A stretch of 52,318 nt of DNA from a virus (taxonomy: Duplodnaviria; Caudoviricetes): positions 1 through 52,318 of IMG/VR virus record IMGVR_UViG_3300042434_000613; one strand, given 5' to 3'. The notes beneath the pieces are model-generated. The model ran no database searches, was not told the DNA's origin, and saw only the letters and a program-made list of their open reading frames with translations. A program made the position numbers and the translations under genes. This document shows positions 38,211-46,136 of this stretch, piece after piece (position 1 is the stretch's first letter; each line of letters starts with the position of its first letter).

Positions 38211-39224
38211 ATGGCAAAACTAAATGCAAATTCTATTGTTTTAGGATCAAGAACTTTAGCGCAAAGAGATGCTCTAACACCTGAAGTTGGTGAAATTGTC
38301 TATAATTCAACAGATCAATCTATTGATCTTTATAGAAACGATGCAACTTGGGTAACTTTGAATCCAAACCGAATTACTTGGAATACCGCTGCAGGTTCAT
38401 TGGGTTCTGCATTTGAAGGACAAGCTGTTAGTGTTACGGTATCGGCAACTCTTTTAATTGGAACTATTAACTATGCAGTTCTAAGCGGAACTCTTCCAAC
38501 TGGATTGTCATTAAATGCAAATACAGGTGTTATTAGCGGAACATTATCACAGCAAGGAACAAGTACGTTTACCTTTACAATACGAGCATCTAATGCAGGT
38601 GGTGCTCCAAGAGCTGACAGAACATTTACTTATACAGTAACTACAACTACAGTTGCTTGGACTACTGCATCAGGTTCATTGGGTTCTGGTTATACTGAAC
38701 AAAGCACAACTTTTAATGCTGTTGCAACCACAACGACGGGATCTTTATCGTTTGCCGTTGTTTCTGGTTCAATTAACGGTAGCCAAACTTTATCTACCGT
38801 AAGTAACACTACAGCAAGAATTAGTGGAACAGCAGCTGGTATATCAGATTTTAATAGTGCAACTTATAGTTTTACTTTAAGAGCTACAAATCAAGCTGGA
38901 AGAACTGCAGATCGAGCATTTTCTTATCTAATTACATCTCGTAAAGTAGGATTTCGTTGTGCTACTGCCAACGAAGGTGGTGGCGTAAGCGATACTGCTC
39001 CTGGAGCATTTATTTTTATCCGAAGAGATTTTATGTCTTACGGAACACCAAATGGCTCTTGTGGAGCTTTTGGATTTGGTGGATGTAATAATGGTGCATC
39101 AAATAACTGGAATCCAACTCCTACAAAATCTTATTCCGTTGGATGTAATAACGGAACTTGGGGAGATCCTTGTGGTGGTGTAGGTAAAAGATGTTATTGT
39201 CAGATGACTTACGGGCCTTTCTAA
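38211..39224 (+). CDS. Putative tip adhesin: two Ig-like (He_PIG) repeats + SUEL-type lectin domain
   Basis: LPTGLSLNANTGVISGT..FTIRA; C-terminus SYGTPNGSCG...WGDPCGGVGK. Confidence 0.72.
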   Translation: MAKLNANSIVLGSRTLAQRDALTPEVGEIVYNSTDQSIDLYRNDATWVTLNPNRITWNTAAGSLGSAFEGQAVSVTVSATLLIGTINYAVLSGTLPTGLSLNANTGVISGTLSQQGTSTFTFTIRASNAGGAPRADRTFTYTVTTTTVAWTTASGSLGSGYTEQSTTFNAVATTTTGSLSFAVVSGSINGSQTLSTVSNTTARISGTAAGISDFNSATYSFTLRATNQAGRTADRAFSYLITSRKVGFRCATANEGGGVSDTAPGAFIFIRRDFMSYGTPNGSCGAFGFGGCNNGASNNWNPTPTKSYSVGCNNGTWGDPCGGVGKRCYCQMTYGPF

Positions 39225-39862
39225 TCAACAACAACCACTTTATCATATTCCATATCTGTAAGATCTCTTTGAATATAATTTACCCAACCAGTTATAATAT
39301 ATTTTTCCTCAGTTAAACTTGGATGACCCTTATGTGTATGAGTCCAATCTGCGGGCCAAATTATAGTTAATCCTTTTCTTGGTTTAACTTTTAATTTTTG
39401 ATAATAAAATTCTGTTTCACCACCGTCATTAACATCATTTAAATATGTCATCCAGGCTAAATGGCGTGTCGTTGTTGGGAAAAATACATCTGATCGTTCA
39501 CAATGAAATTTATGAAATGCCATTCCTGGTTTATAATATTGAATGTTTCCAGGTTGTTTAAACCCAAATGGGCACATTAATGAATATTCGTATTTTTCAA
39601 TATATTGCTTAATTGCGTTGTTTAATGCCTTACCATAATACCTATTTCTAAGTTCATCAGTTAGATGTTTATCTACTAAATCAATTGATTCTTTAATATA
39701 TGGTCTTACTGTGCCAACATTGCGAACTTCACCATTAACAACTTTAAAATCAGATACACGTCCAGGTTTGTGATGTTGTGGGTTTTTTTTAAAAAACTCA
39801 ATTAAATCATCACACAAACTTAGATCTTCAATGTAAGATTGCATTATAAAACTTTCAGACAT
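39221..39862 (-). CDS. 2OG-Fe(II) oxygenase (prolyl-hydroxylase-like)
   Basis: IQYYKPG..FH.FHCE, WMTYLNDVNDGGETEF, IWPADWTHTHKG, KYIITGW. Confidence 0.9.
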   Translation of the reverse strand: MSESFIMQSYIEDLSLCDDLIEFFKKNPQHHKPGRVSDFKVVNGEVRNVGTVRPYIKESIDLVDKHLTDELRNRYYGKALNNAIKQYIEKYEYSLMCPFGFKQPGNIQYYKPGMAFHKFHCERSDVFFPTTTRHLAWMTYLNDVNDGGETEFYYQKLKVKPRKGLTIIWPADWTHTHKGHPSLTEEKYIITGWVNYIQRDLTDMEYDKVVVVD

Positions 39863-39907
39863 AACTTTAATTTTCGGTTCTTTCTATATATTCCAGAATT
39901 AACTAGT

Positions 39908-39915
39908 CATAAATA
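39908..39915 (+). promoter_or_regulatory. Late promoter CATAAATA
   Basis: 25 nt upstream of ATG 39941. Confidence 0.7.
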
Positions 39916-39940
39916 CTTCAAAAGAGTGCAAAAAAACGAA

Positions 39941-40411
39941 ATGACAATAAAAATAACTATTGCCGATGCAGTACGCTCTTTATTGTACAAGGCAAATGTT
40001 GGTGTTTCTACAGCACCTCTTAGTGCCCATTGGACTATTGAAGAAACAGATAATTATGATACTCTTGTTTGGGAAGATAAAGATATTCCCAAACCAACAA
40101 AAGAAGAAATCGATGCTGAAATAGATCGTTTAACTAAAGAACATAATTATAAAGAATTTCGTTCTGAAAATTATCCATCAATTTCAGAGCAATTAGATAT
40201 GCTTTGGCATTCTATGGATAAAGGAGAAATACCAAAATCAGAATCATTTTACAAAAAACTAGCAGATGTAAAAGAAAATTACATTAAACCATCAATGGAA
40301 ATTTTACCTGAAAGACAAGATGCATTAGGTGATGGTTTAGTATTTACTGAAGGAACACCACCTGAAAATCCATTAACTGAAGAAGATTATAAAAAGATGT
40401 TAGAAGGCTAA
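39941..40411 (+). CDS. Tail fibre assembly/chaperone-like protein (XkdW-like)
   Basis: LVW..IPKPTKEEI...Y..R...YPSISEQLDMLWH; start moved to 39941 (downstream of the late promoter). Confidence 0.6.
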   Translation: MTIKITIADAVRSLLYKANVGVSTAPLSAHWTIEETDNYDTLVWEDKDIPKPTKEEIDAEIDRLTKEHNYKEFRSENYPSISEQLDMLWHSMDKGEIPKSESFYKKLADVKENYIKPSMEILPERQDALGDGLVFTEGTPPENPLTEEDYKKMLEG

Positions 40412-40412
40412 C

Positions 40413-40440
40413 AAAAAAGCCCCTCATAAGAGGGGCTTTT
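40413..40440. terminator. Bidirectional intrinsic terminator
   Basis: AAAAAA GCCCCTC ATAA GAGGGGC TTTT between convergent genes. Confidence 0.9.
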
Positions 40441-40442
40441 AA

Positions 40443-40604
40443 TTACCAGTTAGAGTCATCCAATTCTTTGATTGTTGCATGTAGCTCTTCTCCACCTTCA
40501 ATCTTTAAAAGTTCGTGCCAATCGATCTGTTTAGGATCAAAATCGTCATAAACTTCCAGATCGAGGACGATCTGATACCGAGTTTTTTGAGCGATGGTTG
40601 ACAT
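40443..40604 (-). CDS. Small hypothetical protein
   Basis: Not in track; MSTIAQKTRYQIVLDLEVYDDFDPKQIDWHELL... (53 aa). Confidence 0.7.
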   Translation of the reverse strand: MSTIAQKTRYQIVLDLEVYDDFDPKQIDWHELLKIEGGEELHATIKELDDSNW

Positions 40605-40648
40605 TGTGGTAATCGTGCGACTTACCCTTATATAGTAGCAGAAGGGCT

Positions 40649-40834
40649 TCAGTCTGTCAAGTCTTTTTGCAAACCAAGTTTTTGAAGCACTTCCTGCTGC
40701 TTGATGTATAGTTTTAAATAGCTTTTGGCAAAGTTCAATGCCTGATCGTGATCCAATTGGTCTATAATTCTTGCTTGAGACTCATATTGAAACATCTTGT
40801 CGATTGTCTCTAACTGTATATTGTCAGGGTTCAT
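40649..40834 (-). CDS. NblA-like phycobilisome degradation adaptor (putative)
   Basis: 61 aa, two helices; F.Y....R.IDQLDHDQA..F...Y resembles NblA F.......QVQNMSHDQAKDFL..LY. Confidence 0.55.
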   Translation of the reverse strand: MNPDNIQLETIDKMFQYESQARIIDQLDHDQALNFAKSYLKLYIKQQEVLQKLGLQKDLTD

Positions 40835-40837
40835 GGG

Positions 40838-40866
40838 TTGACAATCTCCTTAGAGTATGGTATATT
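40838..40866 (+). promoter_or_regulatory. Sigma70 promoter overlapping a divergent late promoter
   Basis: TTGACA-N17-TATATT; CTAAATA on the minus strand at 40863-40869. Confidence 0.75.
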
Positions 40867-40888
40867 TAGAATGTTCACAGTATAACAT

Positions 40889-41104
40889 ATGGACGGATTT
40901 GTGTCAACTAACGGCGAATGGGCTGTTGTACCCTTTGGTAAGGAGTACATGATTATTCACAACGGCAAACAAGATTCTGTGCATAAGACCATTGAAGAAG
41001 CAAAGAACCAAATTAAACTAGCCAAATCAAAAACTGGCACAAAAGGAAAGCGAGTCGTAAGACGCGCTTCTAAGATAAAAGGATTAGAAGAATTTATGGA
41101 ATGA
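40889..41104 (+). CDS. Hypothetical protein
   Basis: 71 aa; WAVVPFGKEYMIIHNGKQ; basic C-terminus. Confidence 0.7.
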   Translation: MDGFVSTNGEWAVVPFGKEYMIIHNGKQDSVHKTIEEAKNQIKLAKSKTGTKGKRVVRRASKIKGLEEFME

Positions 41105-41108
41105 TGCA

Positions 41109-41282
41109 ATGGATTTTACTGAACAGGAATGCGATTATTTACTTGATGCATTAAAAGGGTACATTAGAACTTGTAAAGATTGGAATTGTGGAGACGAATT
41201 TGATGTTGACACAAAACCATACTCTGCACTGGTAAGAAAAATTGCTGCTCACGTCCTTGACAAATATTATGAATCAAACTGA
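41109..41282 (+). CDS. Small hypothetical protein
   Basis: Not in track; MDFTEQECDYLLDALKGY... (57 aa). Confidence 0.6.
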   Translation: MDFTEQECDYLLDALKGYIRTCKDWNCGDEFDVDTKPYSALVRKIAAHVLDKYYESN

Positions 41283-41835
41283 TGCTCTCTTAATTGAATC
41301 AATTTTAGAGCCAATCAAACAAAAAACTGTCATGAAGATTTACTCTAATCTTCATTCAAATAATCTTAATATCATCAAAGAAGCAGTACCAGAAGTAAAC
41401 ATCTGGGCTACTTTTGAGAAAACATTTACCACCTGCCTTGGTTATGCACTACAAGAAATTGCAGAAACTTGTGGTACTAATGTCAAAAACACTGATAAGA
41501 AACAGCGTAAAGTTTTAGGTATTGATCTTCGTGTCAATGATGAATGGGAAGGTCAACTTAAAGCAAACAAAAACACACAAACTGGGACTCATAAAAGTGA
41601 TTCTATTGAAAAACTCCTTGAAACTACAACACAACATGAAGCGAAAGCTTTTTTTGCGGTTGCTTTCGGCAATTCTTTTGATTACATCGATAATGATATC
41701 CGCTACATCGGAGGAGAAGCCTTCTGGTCATGGATCGGTATTGATTACACCCAGCTACGTGATATAATTATTAAAACTGCCAGAGATACTGCCAATGAAG
41801 TCAAACATGCTTATGGACATGTTTTACGGGGATGA
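41269..41835 (+). CDS. Type II restriction-endonuclease-like PD-(D/E)XK nuclease
   Basis: EKTFTTCLG..LQEIA, GIDL, EGQLKANKNT, GGEAFW resemble Eco47II/TdeIII/PmeII-like enzymes. Confidence 0.65.
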   Translation: MNQTDALLIESILEPIKQKTVMKIYSNLHSNNLNIIKEAVPEVNIWATFEKTFTTCLGYALQEIAETCGTNVKNTDKKQRKVLGIDLRVNDEWEGQLKANKNTQTGTHKSDSIEKLLETTTQHEAKAFFAVAFGNSFDYIDNDIRYIGGEAFWSWIGIDYTQLRDIIIKTARDTANEVKHAYGHVLRG

Positions 41836-42442
41836 GGATTACACCAATCATTCTGTAAAACAGTTTGTTGTTACACCCACCACACTACAAAATGTTCGTG
41901 ATTTTATTGAGACTTGGCATTATTCTGGCAATGTGAATGGTCTGCGTGTTTCCAATGCATTTGCTCTCCTTGCCGATAATAATATTATTGGTGGTATGAT
42001 TTATGGATCCATGGGCATGGCAAATGTGTGGAAGAAATATGTTTCATCTGAAGACAAGATTGTAGAACTTCGCAGACTGTGTTGCATTGATAAAACACCA
42101 AGAAATACTGAAAGTTATTTTATTGGCAAGACTCTTCGGTGGATGAAGAAGAACACTAATTATGAAGTTGTCATTTCTTATGCAGACAGTTATCATGGAC
42201 ATTGTGGGACAATCTACAAAGCATCCAACTTTGAATATCACGGCATGACTGCTAAAGGTCGATTGATTGAATACAATGGAAAGACATTCCATGACAAATC
42301 AATTAGAACTTATCATGAAAACAAGTTTGGTGTTAAGAAATTGAAACCTTTCGCACAAAATCTTAAAGATGCTTTGGAGAGAGGTGATGCTAAGTACATA
42401 GATACACCAGGCAAACACATCTACATCTACAATCTCAAATGA
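41795..42442 (+). CDS. mom: Mom-like GNAT-fold DNA adenine modification protein
   Basis: FIETWHYS, ELRRLC..PRNTESYFIG, VISYAD..HCGTIYKASNFEYHG, KHIYIY. Exact start uncertain (ATGs at 41795-41819). Confidence 0.8.
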   Translation: MKSNMLMDMFYGDEDYTNHSVKQFVVTPTTLQNVRDFIETWHYSGNVNGLRVSNAFALLADNNIIGGMIYGSMGMANVWKKYVSSEDKIVELRRLCCIDKTPRNTESYFIGKTLRWMKKNTNYEVVISYADSYHGHCGTIYKASNFEYHGMTAKGRLIEYNGKTFHDKSIRTYHENKFGVKKLKPFAQNLKDALERGDAKYIDTPGKHIYIYNLK

Positions 42443-42603
42443 CTGATTCAATTTCCAAACGTACTGATGCAATTGATCTTATGATTCTGGATCTTCTTAC
42501 TCGTCATTCTGACATTCGCAACAGTGCTAAAAAACTTGGTTGTGAAAAAGAATTAGATAAACTTAAAGAACAACTATTAACTTACTTGCAGGAGTTACGG
42601 TAA
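42439..42603 (+). CDS. Small hypothetical protein
   Basis: Not in track; MTDSISKRTDAIDLMILD... (54 aa), coupled at both ends. Confidence 0.65.
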   Translation: MTDSISKRTDAIDLMILDLLTRHSDIRNSAKKLGCEKELDKLKEQLLTYLQELR

Positions 42604-42839
42604 TGGAAATTTATTACTATTTTTTGTTTACGATTTTTGCAGTAATTTGCATAATGATGGTCATTGATCCCAATGTAAGCATTTACATTGATTTACTTGC
42701 AAAATTCGTTAAAACTAGATTCACACGAGCATATATGCTCATCTGGATGCATCCTAAAAATCCAATTTTTAGATATAAAGTTTGGCGTAGATCGATGAAG
42801 ATTGCAGAGGAACTTAGAAAAGAATATGACAGTAAATGA
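42603..42839 (+). CDS. Hypothetical membrane protein
   Basis: N-terminal TM segment, DPNV, HPKNP. Confidence 0.7.
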   Translation: MEIYYYFLFTIFAVICIMMVIDPNVSIYIDLLAKFVKTRFTRAYMLIWMHPKNPIFRYKVWRRSMKIAEELRKEYDSK

Positions 42840-43413
42840 TTATTGTGAATACATGTTCAAAATTCCTTTACTTCATCTTTCGGTAAGAAATTGGAGTGAA
42901 AAGAAATCTATCTTGCTGGAGATGTTAAAAAAATCCAACATGGATGTCCGTGAAGATGAAGAAGTAATATCAGATTATCATACACAAAAAGGAACAGTTT
43001 ATTCTGGTCAACACAATAAACCATTAGAACATTTATTTAAAGAAGAGATAAATCTTTTTTGTAATCATTTTAGTTTTGCATCTTATAAGATTGTGATGTC
43101 CTGGTTTGAGACTGCTAAACCAGGACATTATCATGGCGTTCATAACCATGGTTCAGTAGGATATAGTGCAGTATGTTATATTGATTACAATAATGACATA
43201 CATACACCAACACAGTTTGTAGCGCCATTCAATAATTTTATAGATGGATTAACATTAGATTATGTGCCTAATGTAAAAGAGGGTTCGTTAATATTTTTTC
43301 CCTCCGTTATTTTACATTGTACTGAACCAAATAAATCAGATATTGAAAGAACAGTGGTTTCTTTTAATATTGATGTCAAGGAGAATCATGATCAACGTCC
43401 AAGATATTCATAA
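42826..43413 (+). CDS. Putative 2OG-Fe(II) oxygenase (TIGR02466-like)
   Basis: SW....G.YH.VHNHG, SAVCYI, EGSLIFFPS.ILH...N.S...RTVVSFN. Confidence 0.82.
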   Translation: MTVNDYCEYMFKIPLLHLSVRNWSEKKSILLEMLKKSNMDVREDEEVISDYHTQKGTVYSGQHNKPLEHLFKEEINLFCNHFSFASYKIVMSWFETAKPGHYHGVHNHGSVGYSAVCYIDYNNDIHTPTQFVAPFNNFIDGLTLDYVPNVKEGSLIFFPSVILHCTEPNKSDIERTVVSFNIDVKENHDQRPRYS

Positions 43414-43861
43414 ACACCAATTCTTAGGTAAAATAGATTTCCCTACATTAACATGGGATGAAGTTATCTTCAACTTTAATAAGAATGTTACTGAGGATAG
43501 AGACTATAAAATTATGAATAACTTTGGGTTTGTAACACACAATACCAGGCATAATAAAAAAGTGTGTGCTGTAGGAGAAGAGTTACAAAAACTATTTCCA
43601 ACTAATAATATATCAGCACATTTGTACACCAGTTTCCTTGAAGTTAGCGAAACATTTGGCAGGCACAATGATTATCAACATGTGTTCTTCTGGCAGTGCA
43701 TTGGCATTACTCGTTGGTCTGTGTGGGAGAATGATAAAGAACATATCTATCGTTTAATGCCTGGGGAAATGCTTTATGTTCCTGTTGGTATAGATCATGA
43801 TACTAAACCAGTCACCCCGAGAGCTGGTATATCTTTTGGGATAGAGCTTGACGATTTGTAA
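43388..43861 (+). CDS. JmjC/cupin-like oxygenase
   Basis: FGRHND..VFFWQCIG..RW, L.PGEMLYVP.G..H. Confidence 0.78.
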   Translation: MINVQDIHKHQFLGKIDFPTLTWDEVIFNFNKNVTEDRDYKIMNNFGFVTHNTRHNKKVCAVGEELQKLFPTNNISAHLYTSFLEVSETFGRHNDYQHVFFWQCIGITRWSVWENDKEHIYRLMPGEMLYVPVGIDHDTKPVTPRAGISFGIELDDL

Positions 43862-43876
43862 AAACTATGCTATGCT
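43848..43876 (+). promoter_or_regulatory. Sigma70 promoter
   Basis: TTGACG-N17-TATGCT with extended TG. Confidence 0.7.
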
Positions 43877-43897
43877 GCTAAAAGCCATTTAAACTAA

Positions 43898-44068
43898 ATG
43901 ACAGATTACCAAATGATCATCGACACCCTTGCATCTAGACTGTTTAAAGTCTGGCAAGAAGGCTATCGCCAAGAATCTTGGAATGAAGAAAATGCTAAAG
44001 AATTGGCTAATACAATTCTTCGTGATGTTGAAATCTTCAAAATCAAAAAGGTTGGAGGTAATTCTTGA
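43898..44068 (+). CDS. Small hypothetical protein
   Basis: Not in track; MTDYQMIIDTLASRLFKVWQEG... (56 aa). Confidence 0.65.
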   Translation: MTDYQMIIDTLASRLFKVWQEGYRQESWNEENAKELANTILRDVEIFKIKKVGGNS

Positions 44069-44280
44069 AAACTGACACTAAGTTCCCATATGATAAGTTT
44101 TCCTATCGTTTGGAATTAAAAGAAACACCAATTCGTATTTGTTGGTTTGAGTGTGAGGAACATTTGGAAAGGTATATTGAAAAGCACAAACTTAAAGCAC
44201 GAGATTATGTCAAAGAGACAAAAACTGTGGAGACTGTGGGCAAAAAGCCTAGGAGAAAAAGCAAGCAAAAAGGATCATGA
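44065..44280 (+). CDS. Hypothetical protein
   Basis: TTG start after GGAGG; ICWFECEEHLERYI. Confidence 0.68.
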   Translation: MKTDTKFPYDKFSYRLELKETPIRICWFECEEHLERYIEKHKLKARDYVKETKTVETVGKKPRRKSKQKGS

Positions 44281-44452
44281 AGCGGATCGAGTGGCTGTTG
44301 TACGGTCTTTTATATTTTTCACTTATCTCATTACTAATCTATTCATTATCGCGGGGGTCATAAGACACTGGAATGACAATGGAATTGAAATTTACATCGA
44401 TAATCAACGACTCCCCATATCCAACCCTAGATCCAACAACTCCATGGTTTGA
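44207..44452 (+). CDS. Small membrane protein
   Basis: WRLWAKSLGEKA..D.EAD.VA..R + TM + IRHW. Confidence 0.7.
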   Translation: MSKRQKLWRLWAKSLGEKASKKDHEADRVAVVRSFIFFTYLITNLFIIAGVIRHWNDNGIEIYIDNQRLPISNPRSNNSMV

Positions 44453-44555
44453 GTTCTTGTCATACCAAGAGTGTTGTGCTAGTTTGGATCGTCCATGTCG
44501 TTTAGGCTCTTTTATGAGGTATCACGCTTATTTAAATGAGGTTGGAGTAAAGTGA
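44373..44555 (+). CDS. Hypothetical protein
   Basis: LDPTTPWFEFLSY.ECC.SL...FMRY. Confidence 0.62.
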   Translation: MTMELKFTSIINDSPYPTLDPTTPWFEFLSYQECCASLDRPCRLGSFMRYHAYLNEVGVK

Positions 44556-44818
44556 TTAAGTATTTTAGAAGAATATGGAATAACATGGTGACTGATTATA
44601 TGGATCAGCACCGTGCCTTTATCATTGATGACAATGATCATGCAAAGTATTCATTGACTGATGTTATCATTGATATGCGTATGCGTATTGATAAGTTAGA
44701 ACATGAAAACATTGAAACTACCAACTGCCTGTATGAAATGCAGAATCGGCTTGACATGCTGAGCAGTTGCCAGTATAATATGCTTGAAAACCCTTGCATC
44801 ATTGACAAAGATGTATGA
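44552..44818 (+). CDS. Hypothetical coiled-coil protein
   Basis: GTG start after GGAG; LEHENIETTNCLYE. Confidence 0.68.
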   Translation: MIKYFRRIWNNMVTDYMDQHRAFIIDDNDHAKYSLTDVIIDMRMRIDKLEHENIETTNCLYEMQNRLDMLSSCQYNMLENPCIIDKDV

Positions 44819-44987
44819 CCTTGATGATTTTGAAAAAGCACTCGCTCACTTCGGCACGAGAGTGGACATCATTATTGCTCTTGAAATGGGCGATAAAATT
44901 GATGGGGCAGCAGCATATAAACAAATTAAAGAAGAACTTAAAGAACTCAAACGAGCCAAAAAGCAGTACGGAAAGGACTTGCAGTAA
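44811..44987 (+). CDS. Hypothetical protein
   Basis: MYDLDDFEKALAHFGTRVDIIIALEMGDKI..AYKQIK. Confidence 0.72.
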   Translation: MYDLDDFEKALAHFGTRVDIIIALEMGDKIDGAAAYKQIKEELKELKRAKKQYGKDLQ

Positions 44988-45105
44988 ATGTGGTGAAACC
45001 AAGCCACTTGACAGTAATCACTACCAAGTGATAAAATACTTTCGTAGTGGACTCTCTTACTATTGTAATGAGTGCAACAAACCTAAACCCAAAGAAGACC
45101 AATGA
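44815..45105 (+). CDS. Small zinc-finger protein (start uncertain)
   Basis: CSKC...CNEC in the 3' part; the 5' part overlaps the previous gene. Confidence 0.5.
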   Translation: MTLMILKKHSLTSAREWTSLLLLKWAIKLMGQQHINKLKKNLKNSNEPKSSTERTCSKCGETKPLDSNHYQVIKYFRSGLSYYCNECNKPKPKEDQ

Positions 45106-45770
45106 CTGTTGAGTATCAAAAAGTTTGGACAACGATGAATGACCTTGAATCGGTCACATCTAAGATTTGTTCTGCCCGTGAAATTATTGACAATGCAGTA
45201 GATAAAATTCAAGGACATGAATATGATAAAGCAGAACTCTTAATGAATGCTGCTTATGAATTCCTTGAGTATTATCTGCAAGACTTTGATGATAAGTTCA
45301 GACTTGCCTGGCAGGCAACTGTAGGTGATTTGCGTGATGCTGATGTAAAACTATATGATGCTGTGATGAAAGAGAGGGAATACTATGAAAGTGTTGATGA
45401 TTATTGTGATGCATCAGGATTGACAGAACCTATTGTTAAATATAGTGACGAAGAACTGAATGCGATGTGTGATGCAGCAGAAGAACAACAAGAAAAGAAA
45501 ACTCTCAACTATCAAGAAGCAGTTGCTGCTGGTTGGTCAATGACTGATGATGGTATTTGGATGCCTCCACAAGAAAAAAAGAAGTGGGTTCTTCCTGTTG
45601 AAGAGGTCAGAGATGAAGACACTGATGAAGATATTTACTGCGTAACATTCCCCGATGATCTTCTAGAAGCAACAAACCTGAAAGAAGGTGATGAAATTGA
45701 ATGGATAGATAATAAGGATGGTTCTTATACCATTCGTAAAGTAACTAAACCAGTTACATCTGATGTTTGA
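45102..45770 (+). CDS. Protein with C-terminal AbrB/MazE-like domain
   Basis: VTFPDDLLEATNLKEGDEIEWIDNKDGSYTIRKV. Confidence 0.68.
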   Translation: MTVEYQKVWTTMNDLESVTSKICSAREIIDNAVDKIQGHEYDKAELLMNAAYEFLEYYLQDFDDKFRLAWQATVGDLRDADVKLYDAVMKEREYYESVDDYCDASGLTEPIVKYSDEELNAMCDAAEEQQEKKTLNYQEAVAAGWSMTDDGIWMPPQEKKKWVLPVEEVRDEDTDEDIYCVTFPDDLLEATNLKEGDEIEWIDNKDGSYTIRKVTKPVTSDV

Positions 45771-45927
45771 AGCACTTACTATTCTGCAACTTTGCATTAA
45801 AGGAAACTTTATATGTGAAAGAGATCCAGACCCACCAAAAATAAAATACTTTGAACCAGACATGGCTTGTTATGTTAAAGGTGTATTTTACTCTAAATGT
45901 AGTGATTTTAAAGGAGATCCATTCTAA
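45763..45927 (+). CDS. Small Cys-containing hypothetical protein
   Basis: Not in track; MFEALTILQLCIKGNFIC...CYVKGVFYSKC (54 aa). Confidence 0.6.
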   Translation: MFEALTILQLCIKGNFICERDPDPPKIKYFEPDMACYVKGVFYSKCSDFKGDPF

Positions 45928-46136
45928 TGATTAAAAGACTTAAAAGAAAAGTATCCGCAACTCGCATGACATTTTTGTCTGTTGCCGCAGTGGTTGCCCT
46001 TGGTAATACTCTGACTGGTTGGGGAGTAGTCAGTTGGGTTCTTTATATTCCACCAATTGCATTGTCTCTTGCTGCAATTACTGGTGTGTGTCCCTTCAAG
46101 ATTATCTTTGAAAAACTAGGATTTGCAAACGACTGA
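45927..46136 (+). CDS. Two-TM membrane protein (DUF2892/YgaP-like)
   Basis: Two TM segments then TGVCPF....LG. Confidence 0.6.
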   Translation: MIKRLKRKVSATRMTFLSVAAVVALGNTLTGWGVVSWVLYIPPIALSLAAITGVCPFKIIFEKLGFAND

